A stretch of DNA of 58,647 nucleotides, counting the filler, from Circinaria calcarea (lineage: Eukaryota): NCBI GenBank assembly GCA_051942165.1. It is 3 parts of 3 records of this genome, joined end to end, with 100 filler letters (N's around TTAATTAATTAA, not from the genome) between each part and the next. Parts side by side here need not be neighbours in the genome. Positions count along the whole stretch, not along the records: positions 1 to 19,510 come from JAVECS010000204.1; positions 19,611 to 39,119 come from JAVECS010000205.1; 1 more part is not named here. One strand, 5' to 3'. The notes below the pieces were generated by a model. The model had not been told where the DNA came from. It did not search any database and saw only the letters and a program-made list of their open reading frames with translations. A program made the position numbers and the translations under genes. Below, piece after piece: positions 12,017 through 24,745 of this stretch. Each line of letters starts with the position of its first letter. The stretch's first letter is position 1.

Positions 12017-13137
12017 GGTCAGGGTAAGGTGGGACTGGAAGGCCCCCACTCTTTCCCCCTTTCCTGCGGGGTCCTTGGTGTAGGGCAGAATGCAGGCGCA
12101 CTGGCCACAGCCACACGTTACAGCTTCAGGGGCCTTGGGGTTGTACTTTATCCGGCGACTGTGCCGCTTATCCTGCGTCTGCCGGCGGGCCGTTCAGGCT
12201 TCGTGTGCACCTATGTATCTATTCATCCATCATCGCCCTGATTGTTCGCTCCATCAGCACCCAGATCTCCAACGGCTTCTCGAGGAAGTCATGGATCGGC
12301 GGCACACTCTCGGTGCCTTGGAGCTGACTGGCATCTTCAAGAGACTCCCAACGTCCTTGGACGGAAGTCTGCAGCCAAAGTCATGCAGGACGCAGCCAAT
12401 GCACACTGCCTCTGGTTTGTCGTTTGATTGAGTGACTATGTCCAATGCTAGTCACATGCTTTACTGTATTATTCTGAGTGCTGGCAACTTTGCCTCCCAT
12501 TTTGTGATATGTCGTACTTTTTGCTACCCTACCGTGTGGTATTACGATCATCACATCACTCGCCTTAGCCAAGGGACCCGATGAAGTGAGGTACGGGTCC
12601 ACTAGAATCGCTGTCTGGGCCCGGGCATGGTTTGGGAAACTGCCTGCAGTGTAGGGTGGCCCTGCACCACCTTGAAAGCCGCGTCTCGACAGATCGGATG
12701 GATCCTCCAGCCAAAGCGACTGTCCATCAAACAAGAATCGTCTCTTCGAACCAGCACAGCAGAGGGAAACCTTGGTGATGGTTCTTGCCATGCAGAGCAA
12801 GGATCGTCATGGCCTGGGGATCTCCAGCTTTGCAAGCTCCACTGTGCATCATGCTGGGGAAAAGTACAAGAAGGGGACATTGCACGGAGAAAGATCGGGC
12901 AAGAGTGTTCCTTTTAACGATCTTGCTATCGAAGCATCCGCAGCTACGATACACAGGACATCTCCGAAATCCTGCTTGTTCACCCGACTTCTGAGAAGCT
13001 CACCGCTCCTTTCGCTTACCGCTGTCAGATCCTCTAGGTCATCAACTGATCACAAGGTTTGCCTTCCCCACAACCGGGTACTGCCTGATCTGGCAGTGGA
13101 GGCTGACCGGTGAGGCTAGAATTATTACCAAACAGTC

Positions 13138-13380
13138 ATGTGCAACTTTGAGCTCGCTACCTATCGCTGCGCCCACCAGAAATATAACCGCATTGCGTAC
13201 TGTCACTCGGCTCGCAACGATCCTTATCACCAATGCTTTAGCGTCCGGTGCCTCAAGCGAGAGATCACCATCAACGACGCGGACTGTGACAAGTGCGTCG
13301 ACGAGCATGAAAAGAAGATGCTGCAGCAACTGGCGCAGTACGGGGCTTGTGGGACTTATGCTGGTTATCAGCGTCGCTGA
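13138..13380 (+). CDS. Small Cys/His-rich protein (80 aa), putative Zn-binding
   Basis: ATG-initiated, with pattern MC-x8-CxH...CH...C...CxxC followed by a short charged helix. Confidence 0.65.
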   Translation: MCNFELATYRCAHQKYNRIAYCHSARNDPYHQCFSVRCLKREITINDADCDKCVDEHEKKMLQQLAQYGACGTYAGYQRR

Positions 13381-16300
13381 GAAGGGATCCGAATGTGAAA
13401 GAATGGATTTAGACTATCGAGTTGGGGGAGGGAGGATGTAGAACTCATTACAGCACGAAATCTCGGGCCACACATTTAATCTCAGATCGTTTTTGGAGGG
13501 TTTGACACTTTTCGGCACCTGGTGGCAGATTCTTATTTCTTTGCCATCATATACCCTCTACAAGCTGTCGTTGTCTATGTTCAACTTTCCTATGGGGAGA
13601 TATGTTTCGAGGCATCTGAGTGTCATTTCCATCAAGATTTCGGTTTTTCTAGGTGACTTATGAGCTTACGGTCATGAACAATACCAACAAATCGCTTTGA
13701 CTTCCCTCGGGAATAAATAGTCTTGACGCACCTAACCACTCCACCTACTGTCACAACTGACAGCAGTTCATGCATCTTTGGTCACAGCATTAGCCCCAGA
13801 TCCGGGACATATCTCATACAGGCCGTTTGGCAACACTGAGCTGTCTATCCGATTCGACTTGCAAAGATATCACTGCTCGTCGCACAAACGGTTACAAGCT
13901 CCGCGGATTTTCACGCCTGGCCAACCAGCGGCTTCGCTAGAACCTCCGACCGTCTTCCAATCTCCAGAACAAAACTTGCCACCCTCACAACAGCAACCAG
14001 ATTTGTGGAGCACCCTCCGCTCAGGCCGAGTTTCTAGCTTGGTCGCGCCAAATGGACCCATCTAGGCCTACCTGCTGCGCATTACACAATGAGCTTGCTA
14101 ACCCGTTAGTGCGATGGGAATCCGGGAATCCCATTCTGAATTTCAATCCGGTGGAGTTTTTCTCGTCCTACCGTACTTAGGATACACATCAAACCCGGTG
14201 CACGTGGCACAATAGTAGTTGACCCGGCTTTTTGACCGCTTCGATTTCACATATAGCTGTCCAAGAGCCCTGCGGAGCAGTCTCACTTTCCCTCGTTTCC
14301 CGGGCCCGTGAATCTTATCCCAAGGTCCAGTTTGAGACTCTAGCCAACGTTGCCGTCTTTTCCGTAGGACGACTCCATTCCGTATGGTTTCAAGTCATCT
14401 TTCGTTTCGTTTACGTCCTAGATGTACTACCCATCCGGCGGCGCTGCGCCAAATCCTCCTTGCTCGAGAATTTCTCTTTCCTCCCCAATGTCTAGGGCGC
14501 AAAAGTAGGACCAATAAACTCATGCTATATATCAGTTTACCTTGACCCCAGTACAGCTGTTGTCAGGAATCGCCATGTCTGCTTGCAGTAGGTTTGTGGA
14601 TACTGCACTTCCTATATTTAAAATTGGCATCTCAGTTTTATGGGAATTGAATTTTTAAATCGGTTCAATTGTGGCCGGATGAATTTCATGTTCCACCGAT
14701 CCAGGTATTTACTGCTCCACTTCACTATATCAAAGTGTCCAACTGCTCAAGTAGTGCATGAGACTGGGAATTATCCCGATGTCTAACCCCATTATACCCT
14801 ATTAAACGACTCAAGCTATTTCAAGTTCATAATCAATCGACCGATCCTCGATATCGGTCAGCAATCAGTGTTGATGGCATCTCCGATTCCACAAATCCAC
14901 ATCCACATCCTCAATGGTCCCATCTCCACCGATCACCTCTCCAACATATCCTCGTCCTCGTCCTCCCACCGCACCGTCCCCATTCCTCATTCAACCAGAC
15001 ACCAGAACCAACGAGCTTCATTCCAGAACAGCTACTCTACTGCAATTTTGCTGAATGCATGCAACAGTAACGCATACCATTGGTCCAACAATGTAGGGCC
15101 CGAGGGCATCTGCAGGATGCAGCTTGTTTTTCATGGTAATATGATGTACTTTGAAGAGACGCAGACAAGCACAGCTGGTTTTAGTCTACGAGGTTGAAAG
15201 CGAGCCACGGGAGGCATTCCGTGAAGCTAATACTCGATGACAGAGGCGAGGTCATATCCGCCGTGATAACTGCAGTTTGCGTACCTACCTGCGGCATTCT
15301 ACATCTGCAGAACTTAGCCCCTAGCGAATGCTCTTTGCATTATTAACATGGGTTCTTGCCGAAAACAACCACAGACACGGCTGTCTACAGCACGGCCATA
15401 TCCACTTTTCGCCCCTGCATGCGCGGCCGAAATCTCCAGCCCAGTATCCGCCCGACTCTACTCAGCAAACCAAATATCAGGACTTTCATCCCGGCCTTTA
15501 CTTGCAGCGCAATCACCACACTAATGCACCTTTGACATCCTTTGGACGGCTTGACGCAATTCCTTTCGCTGGACTTTTATCGAGGGAGTTGCAGAACCGG
15601 ACTTTCTCCCCTTTCGAGAGAAGTATAATTCGATGGTGCGTTCTGGAGTCGATCGCGAATAATCCAATCTTTGCAAACTGTCTCGTGTCCAGGTGCAGAA
15701 TCAATCAGCACGGGAAGTTGAAATGCACGATGAGATGCAGATGCAGTATCGCAAAAGTACCTGTCATTCCGGATATCTACATAACCTTCTTCAACCTTCC
15801 TCCAATCCCCTTGCTCCAGAACTACCTAGCAACTAACCACGCCATCGCAAATGCAAATGCAAACCTCAATCCCCGTTTCCGCCATTATGCCTAGCCGAGG
15901 GAGCTCTGTAACGTCACTCACCACACTAACGCAGTGTCGAACTACAAGCAGACGATTACTCGTACAGACAGGTCTTTGGAGTTATCTGTACAAAATCATG
16001 CAGACCGCTGTCGGAGCCTTGGTCTGCGGCTTGAATGCAATCCAACTACCGGTAAGATAGACACTTCCTTTCCGAAATCCGAATGCACGCCGTCCTCGTC
16101 CGCAGCACCCATCAGATCTCGATGGTTCCCTCGGCCACCGTTCTAGGATCCGGGGAGGGACTCGTCCCATGACACTTAAAGCAAGCTTTTGATTGGACGA
16201 GCAACCCTTCCCGGTACCGAGTAGCAAACAACTTTTCTTACCTCCTATGTCCCTCCCTCTTTTCCTTGCTATCTATTCGGCTACTGAGTCAATTAGGTCG

Positions 16301-16910
16301 CACGTCCAACGTCACCCAAGAAATCTTCCTACCCATTTCTATTCCCCTCATCATGCTCTTCCTTCGCCTAGCCTGCACCCCCAAACCTCTCATTCTCCAT
16401 TTCCCCCCACCAAACCGACCTCCCCCTTCGATTTTTCTCCCGATGTCTAAGCAAGTAATAAGGATGCTATGCCGCTAGTTGGCGGTGCTTGGCCTTCTAC
16501 GTGGGACTCCTCGTGCCCCCTCTTTTGTGTAGCTTCTCAGGGCTAGGCATCAAGCGATCATTGGTTGCAAGGACGGTGCGACCGATTACGGTAGGGTGCT
16601 TATTCCCGGCTCCGGTTAATTGTCAATACGGAGAGAGGTTATAGAAAGTCAGCGGATTGTGATATCTAATGGAATGACGGTACTCGGACTGGTGAAGGTT
16701 GGACGGAAATCCGGGGAGATGATGAGGAAGCTTACCCAAATGGGAAAGTCGGCACAATCACTCGGGATCTACCCTTTGATCTCCCGCAGCTAGCAAGGGT
16801 GGTGATCCCACTAGCTGTTATCGCCCGAAGAGCATTATTCTGATGTCAGTTGGACCTATTCCTCCTGAACTTGACTGTCATCGTAAGGATTCAATTCACA
16901 CGTCTTGAAC

Positions 16911-19036
16911 ATGGTTCGTCTTCACGTATATATAACAAATCTTTTGCCGGCACTGGTTGCTTTGTCAAGTTTTGCTACTCCCCGAGACGTCACCTTCCCG
17001 CCTATTGCTGGGGCTAATGCCTATCAAACCTCCATAGGAATGGGCTTGGACGATGTAGATATCCTTACTGGAAGCCAATTCTTTGGCCTCAACACATTTG
17101 CACATCTACCATACGTTTCTTGTTTTGATGAAAGATCTGACGCACCCAAATACGATATTGCTTTCTTGGGTGCTCCATTTGATACAGTACGTACCACGAT
17201 TTTTTCTGCATGGCCCTTTCACACAGTCATATTAGCCGGCGGCAATTCTAGGGAAGTATTCACGGCTAGCTTTTCATTCTTCATTCGAGCTCCTGGAGCA
17301 GGATATCGTTCTACCGAAGATGGCGGATGAAATCTCCGGACTAAGATACCACAGGGCGTCACTGCCAGACCAGGTGCGAGATACGGTCCTGGCGGCATTC
17401 GACAAGGTACTCGGCGAATGTTCTCAGCGGCTGGTTGGAGCATGTATACGGGTATGAGGCATTAGACTTTCGAATCTCATGGTTGTAGGTGACGAAAAGG
17501 CACATGCTGAATCCGTTGCAAGGAGTCAACTCTTATGAGGATTGGGCAACCATTGTCGATTGTGGAGATGCACCTTTGACGTTCCTAGATAACACTGTTG
17601 CATTGAAACAGCTCGAAAAAGCTCATAGGGTATAGTCCATGATTCGACCAGGTCGTGGAGGCGGGGCATGGCCAGGTCAGTCAATGTCAAGTCTGTCATT
17701 CTGATGAGAGGTAGGTAATATCTGGTCGTACTGCCAACACCACCGCCAAGTCTTTGATACCTCGGATCATTACTCTTGGAGGAGATCATACGACCACGCT
17801 GGCTGCCCTCCGATCAACGTATAAGCGATGGGGCGAGGTTTCTGTCATCCATTTTGACTCCCACATAGGTACGGAACACCTCTGGTCTCGGAAGTTGCGG
17901 CATTTTGGCATATTTACTCTTGCTTTGTTGCTGATCGAAGCTACAGATACATGGTAAATTTTTGCAGCAACTATGCGGACCTATGATGGACAATGCTAAC
18001 ATGTCGGACCCCAGGGATCCAAAGATACTGGGTAAGCATACTCCGCATTTGGTCCTATCGATAGGCTAACAGCTGTTACAGGTGGCGACGTATCTCACTA
18101 TGCGTAGGTCGAATGGAACTGGGTTTGGGAGCTTGCATTCAGGTATCACCGTGGCTGACCTTTACCATACATCAGAGGTGTGAACCATGGTAGAATCTGG
18201 ATCTTTCTGAATAACCTTGCAAGGGCTTATGAAGATTAGGTACTTTCTTACACATAGCCCATGAAGAGGGCTTAATTCGCAGTACATCAATCCATGCGGG
18301 TATCCGAGCGCCTACGCTCAGACCTCATGGAGATATACGTAACGACGCCCGATGTGGATTTGAAATCATCAGAGCTCGGGATCTCGATCGTCTTGGGATT
18401 GATGGAGTCATCAAGAAGATCAAGGACCGAGTAGGCGATTCCAAAGTCTACATATCAGCTGATATTGATGTACTCGATCCCGCCTTCGCACCAGGTAAGC
18501 TGAATATATCTCTACCGTCTCTTGTGACACGTTTCGATCTGTGGAGTTCGCCGATGTCACACCCTCACCAAGCCGGCCAATCAAACCACAGAGACCCCCA
18601 CTACAACCACGTCTCCGCATAGCCACGGTAGTACGCCGGCTCCAACTGCAAAAGGAGGTTGGATGACAGTACGTTGGCCATTGCGGATGCCCGCATCCCG
18701 CCCGGTACTGGCCAAGCCAGACACGACATGACGCTCAACGGCATTTTCACGTGGCGATGACTGCCTTTAATCTCCTAGCTACATATTCGGCTACATTAGT
18801 TGCGAATCAACTAACGGGAAGTCGGGCTAGGCACCGGCACTGCCGAAGTCGGTGGTTGGACGACTCGAGAATTGCTTTCGATTCTCGATGGCTTGGTCGG
18901 ACTGAAGGTCATCGGTGCGGATGTCGTAGAGGTTGCTCCAATCTATGACAGTCCGGGAGAACCAACGCTTCTCGCTGCTGCAGAGGTTGCACAATCCCTC
19001 CTGGCTTTGATGGTTCAAACGCCAGTTAAGTCTTAG
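16911..19036 (+). CDS. Agmatinase/ureohydrolase (arginase family) with N-terminal signal peptide, 10 exons
   Basis: Motifs [44 protein letters not shown] and GADVVEVAP are assembled by canonical GT-AG introns. Stop TAG at 19034-19036. Confidence 0.92.
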
Positions 19037-19510
19037 CATGAGGGGGCGTAGGCATCTAGATCTCCGATGAAAGGGATGCTCTTGTCAATGTCAAGAGTAG
19101 TGACCTGATGATTGCCATTAGACCCGAGTTGGGATATGTTCCAATCCTTTGAGCTGCATAACTTTACAAGTGTAACTCAATTTCACTCGCTGTACTATCC
19201 TGGCTGGATCGTTCGTTTCCAAGCTAATCCTGTTAAAGAGGATGTCTCTGCTGCAAGCTGTCTGCCAATGGATAGTCATGTACACGACTCGTCGCCGTGC
19301 CGGACTCGCTTGAAATGCCCCTGACAGTAGGAGGGTCCTTACCCCCCAATCTATCCCTCGTGCCCTCCAGCCCCGTCAAGCCACCCAAGCCACACCCCAC
19401 CATCCCACCAGAACCCCCGCAATTCTACCATTACCCCCTTCCTAATCCGTCATATCATCAAACACAATCCATTCCAAAGTCCAAATCCACAAAAACTACC
19501 ATAATAACCC

Positions 19511-19610
19511 NNNNNNNNNNNNNNNNNNNNNNNNNNNNNNNNNNNNNNNNNNNNTTAATTAATTAANNNNNNNNNNNNNNNNNNNNNNNNNNNNNNNNNN
19601 NNNNNNNNNN
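19511..19610. other. Artificial contig-joining linker
   Basis: N44-TTAATTAATTAA-N44; the 12-mer gives stops in all six frames. Confidence 0.97.
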
Positions 19611-22140
19611 CAGAGATTCCCTCCGAATTATATTTATAATATAATATAATTCGGGGTTATATCTCTGCAATTCTGGAGCTATATAATCGCTAGGTTTCGG
19701 CCAGAGTAAATTGCGCTCTTTATTTAACTAGAATCATCTTAAAGGCACTCAAGTCCAGCTTCTCACGCAGCGATTTCCGTCGCCGCAGGTCAGAATGCAT
19801 GGACCGCGGCGTCGATAATATAAAAAACGGGTATACTACTGCGCAGGTACCCGATGTCGCTGCCGCTATCTTCGGCTGGAAAAAGGAAAAATTGATCAAA
19901 GCCGCGTTATATATCTGGATTAACTTCTTACTAGGGCATTCGATGCTGATGCGATTGGGTAACCGGCTTATCCTGGAGTTGCCCGATCTGTTTATAATAT
20001 TCTTACCTCGCGAAAATCCACCTAGTAGTAACTGCGAAACCTAGTGCTTTATTATTTAAATAGATCACGGTTAATATCCCTTTTTTTTCGTTTGGACTGA
20101 TATTCCAACTAATGATATATAGATAAAATTAATTAATACGGCCGCATCGAATACGGTGCGGCCATATGATATCGTAATCTTCTGGCTTGCCCCGTCGGGG
20201 CTTTATCGCTCTTCTTATTCTGAAGGTGGCATTGCTCCGGAGAGCCCTTTTTTTGCTTTCGTACCAGTCGTAACTAGTATGATATAAAGCTTCTAAAAAG
20301 GAATAATGCCTATTTTATAACCCGCCTTTCGGACTCTACGGCAGGGACCTGGATCCACCGTATCTACGATGTGAGTGGTATCGTTGTCTCCCGAATAAGG
20401 CACGCCCCTCGGCGAATTACGCCGAAGCATGAGGAGGATAAAGGAGTGACGGAGGACCAGGTAAGTTTTTTTTTTTATATCAGTATTGGCTAGATATATA
20501 CTAATTACGTCTATAGATATATCGTGCGGGATGTTGGAATGTAAACCAGATGACTGGTTGTTATCTAACATTTTTATCACGGTAATAGATGCGCGGGATA
20601 ACGGATTTCGATCTTAATTATCCTGGCTTCTATTTTTTGCCTTGCGCGACCGTCGTTCCTCCGCCCTCCTTCCAGTAATATATCTGGCCCGCCCTAAATA
20701 GGTGGAGAGCTGCGTATATATAGCTTTCAAGAGTCAGAGAGGCGGTGGAACCGAACCTGGCTGCTGGTGCGTTTCTGGAGCTTCTTTTGAAGCTTAAAGA
20801 GGTGTTTTTATAGATAAGTATGCTTTCTTTTCTACTAGTTTAAATAATTGATTCAGCTAACTACTTTATATAGGATTCTATCTTCTTTAGGGAGGCCTTT
20901 CCCGCCTATTTTTTCTTCCGCCACCCTCTTTTCGCATCCGCGGAATACCTTGCCTTCGCCCAGGCAGTGAAGCGAGCTGTCGAGCTTATGAAAAAAGAGG
21001 ATCTACACTCGATTATGGTGGAGAAAGCGATGTCTGCCGTTGCCGAGCGTCTGCGGACCTTTTCTGGCATTATATAAATAGGACTTACCGGCCTGAACGC
21101 GAGGCTTGAGTTTATGGAAAAGAAAATAAATTCTTGCTGCTGCTTTCTTCTATTAATCTACCTATATTAACTAGATGCTAGTTCCAGGCTATGCAAGCCT
21201 CCGTAGAAGATAGCCTCGGAGGTTAACTAACCCTGACCTTCTCTCCTGGTCGGACGAGGTTATTTCCGCAAAGATACAATAGAACCCTTGCGCAGCAGCA
21301 AGAGAGTTTTTCTCCTCTACCCCTAATACGGTGCGGATCCCGCTCCGTCTCACCTTCCAGCCGGTCCTCTCTCCTTCATCCTCCGCTCCTAGTCCTAATC
21401 CTACCTCTACTGTGCCTATAGCTCCGCCCCTGACGCTAGCCGGACCCGTTCCCCTCGCTCTTTCGCCGATTATCGCTCTCATCGTTACAAGCTAGGCACC
21501 CTCGTATAAGCTGTTGAGAGAGATCCGCGATATCCTCTCGCTGTGGAAAGAATGGACGGTGGGCTTTACAGGGCTCCCGTCCGTGGATGAGCTGGACAAG
21601 AGGTGGGGCCCGGCCTGGAGGGCTCCCTCGGAGTAATAATATTACAGTACTCGTCGTACTATTATCGACGAGATTTGGAGGCGGGCAGGGGACTCGGAAG
21701 ACTACGCTAGAGCGGTGAAAGAAATGGAGGCTGAGCGGAAGGCTTCCAAGGCGTTGCTGGATAAAATCTTCAAGGCCTTGCGAAAGGACAGAAAGGGGGC
21801 ATGATTCTGTATATAGATTTAGATTTAGATTTAGATTAATTATAGGCAAATGAAAGACAGTATCTCCGCCTATTTACACGTAAGTTTGCCCGTAGAACCG
21901 TGAGAAAAAGTCCTTGTAAAATAACCCCTAAGGTGTTCCGCCCCCAAAAGCTCGACTATTACGGGCGGATGATATTTTAGGGCGGTCATCCGCGGATCAT
22001 CCACGTTATTTCACCTGTAATATCCTTCTGGTACTTTAATCCTGCTATTTCACTGCTAGACGGTTTTATCCCGCAATATTTCATCCCTGCAATATTTCAC
22101 CCCGGCGATATTTCACCCCGGCGATATTTCATCCCTACCA
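19611..22140 (+). mobile_element. RIP-degenerated Crypton (CryptonF-type) transposon: tyrosine recombinase (NDC10_II-like) plus GCR1_C domain
   Basis: The broken + strand reading shows FLLGHSMLMR..ELPDL, KIN*YGRIEYGA, CPVGALSLFLF*RW..EPF, HAPR (20401), GCWN..MTGCYL and LAAGAFLELL..VFL*D. It ends in the GCR1_C-like YKLLREI..LWKEWTVG..PSVDELDKRWGPAWR..E**YYSTRRTIIDEI at about 21804. Stops are consistent with C-to-T/G-to-A changes. The 5' end is cut by the contig edge. Confidence 0.85.
22076..22139 (+). repeat. 16-bp tandem repeat x4 (ATATTTCAYCCYNNCN), probable subterminal repeat of the Crypton
   Basis: atatttcatccctgca / atatttcaccccggcg / atatttcaccccggcg / atatttcatccctacc. Confidence 0.85.
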
Positions 22141-22836
22141 TTTTAACGACGAGGTTTCGAGCTGACAGCCGCTGGACGGCAGTAACCACAGGTCTGTTAA
22201 CTCGCGATAAACTATGTTTGGAGCTTATAGAGCGAGCGCAACGAGCTCTGGAGCAACAGGAGAGCTCGCCAGTATTTGAAATGAGTAGGCAAGAGAGGGC
22301 GGGTGAGCAAGATAAGGTCCGTAGTAAATCGATTTAGGGCGTGCAGAGTGAACTTGCTGCTCACGAAACCAAACAATGAACAAAGCCATTCCACACCACG
22401 ACCTTGTGCTGACTTCTCGGCAGACAGTCGCTCGGACTTCAACATCTGTCCGAGACCCCATGCCTGCTCCAATCCCCGTATCCTCGGGATAGCCCAGTCT
22501 GGATTCCAGTTCTGTCAGACTCTTGCCAGCGATGGCCCTGCTAGGGCGAGGAAGGCTGTTCCTACAAGGATTTGTTGGGAAATGAGCTGCTGTCAGAACG
22601 ATTCAAACGTAAGCATGGAGTGGAGGTTACATCCATCAAAGATAACAGCTCTGGGGGATGGAAGCCCGTGATTGTTCAGCCTCGTGGATCTCCAGTTCTC
22701 TCGTGGCGTAGCATGGACAATGGTCGAATACCGTATAAATATCGAGCCATGGCTTCTGAAGTCTTGAGAATATCGACAGCCGCAATATACTTATCTTACT
22801 CGAGCACAGATTCGTTTTCTGTACTTTATAGAAAAA

Positions 22837-24635
22837 ATGCATGCAGTCATGTCATATTGGATCGGCGCCTTGGCTGCAGCAATTTCTGTTTTACCGCAAG
22901 CTGCAGGTGCCCCCTCTTGGACGAACGTGCGTCCAAGCTGTCGGTACCTGCCTAGAGACGCAGGGTGGCCTGCTGCTCAAGAATGGGCAAAGCTCAATCA
23001 AACACTCGGAGGCAAGCTCATCGCTGGAGCTCCCTTGGCCCAATCTTGCTTTGCCCCACACTTCCATGCTGCGTCATGTGAAGCCGTTGCATACACGTGG
23101 GAAAGACAAGCACCATTGTGAGTAAACTGATCCTTGTGGAGATCTTGTACATCGATAAATGCTAATAGTTTTCGATCATCAGTTACGATGACCCTGTCAA
23201 CTTCATGTCTCCTTACTGGCTCAATAATACTTGCAGCCCTTTCCTGGGCTCTAATGGCACTTGCACCCTGGGGAACCTGGCTTCATACGCAATCAATGTA
23301 TCCGACGTAGCGAGCGTAGTTGCTGGATTCGACTTTGCTCGAACAAAGAACATTCGACTCACAGTCAAGAACACTGGCCATGATGTGCTCGGGCGATCAT
23401 CAGGCAAAGGATCTCTAGCACTCTGGACCCACAACCTCAAAGACATTACTTTCCTGAACTTCAGCAATGCTAACTACACTGGCCCCGCCGCTCGCATTGG
23501 GGCCGGCGTCCTAGTATTCGAGCTGTACGAGGCGGCGAGTAAGCATGGATACCAGGTGCCAGGTGGATCTTGCCCAACAGTCGGCGTAGCCGGTGGCTGG
23601 ACCCCTGGAGGTGGGCATGGCCCCCTGACATCAGCCTACGGTCTCGGTGCCGACAACGTCCTAGAATTCGAGGTGGTGACAGCCGATGGAAAGCACCTCA
23701 ATGCATCTGCCACCAACAATCCTGACCTATACTGGGCTCTCAGCGGAGGTGGTCCTGGTAATTTTGGCGTGGTCTTGTCAATCACACACAAAGCACATAA
23801 AGACGTCCCGGTAGTAGGTGCGAAGTGGCATTTTAACAATGACAATACTACAACCGAAGACGCCTACTGGGCTGCAATCGAGGCCTGGGTCAAGTACTTG
23901 CCTGATCTCGATGTGATACCAAAGCTCAAAACCATCCTCACGATCACCAAAGAGAGCGCTAGAATGGATTTTGCCACATGGCCTGGTGCAACCGTTGCAG
24001 ATATGACAGCCGTCATGACCCCTTTCTACCAAGTGCTCAAGAACCTCAGCATACCGCTCCTCGACGAAGACATTGTAACCTTTCCTACATTCAACGAGCA
24101 TTACACACACTATGCAACCGACGTATGGACCAACAGCATGACCTGCGGCAATCGTCACATTCCGCGCTCACTGGTCCAGCAGAATCTGCCCGGATTGACT
24201 GCGACCTTGCGAGAAACGGTAAGCAACAGTACCGGCATATTCAGCATGCTTGCTTCCAACGTGACACACAAACGCGTCGGTAACGAACCAGGATCTAACG
24301 CGGTTCAGCCGGCGTGGCGGGATTCGCTGTTCTCTCTTACCATGGTTCTGCCACTCGATTCGGATGCCCCCGTTTCTCAGATCGAGGATTATCAGGCCCA
24401 AATGAATAAATTCCAAGGCTTATTCAAGGCTCTGACGCCCGGTGGTGGAAGCTACATCAACGAGGCCACGTTCGATAACCCTGCGTGGAAGGAAGATTAC
24501 TTCGGAGCGCCGTACGAGAGATTGTCGGAGATCAAGTCCAAATATGACCCAAAATCTTTGTTTTGGGCCGAAGTGGCGGTGGCAAGCGACAACTTTGTCT
24601 TGGACAATGGGAGGTTGTGTGCTGCGCACAAGTAG
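22837..24635 (+). CDS. Secreted FAD-linked oxidoreductase, berberine-bridge-enzyme-like (2 exons)
   Basis: Signal peptide, then CRYLPRDAGWP. Intron 23118-23182 joins in frame. FAD-attachment motifs KNTGHD (His) and GGSCPTVGVAGG (Cys); BBE C-terminus GSYINEA...KSKYDP. Confidence 0.92.
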
Positions 24636-24745
24636 TGCCAGGCATGTAACGGCGGGAGAGGTGAATATTAAAAGTAAAGGGAGAATAATGGGGTTTTACC
24701 TTCTGTATTTTAAAATTATTAGACAATTTAAGATCTTGAATATTA

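Noticed and set aside
15328..16146. 188-aa and 70-aa + strand ORFs
   Set aside because: No recognisable domain and no consistent splice model; a lineage-specific gene cannot be excluded.
22076..22139. Repeat array considered as CRISPR-like
   Set aside because: Head-to-tail tandem units with no spacers, in a eukaryotic context.
24513..24522. TACGAGAGAT matches the TOXE tox-box (ATCTCNCGNA) on the reverse strand
   Set aside because: It lies inside the oxidase coding sequence; none was seen by eye in the promoters.
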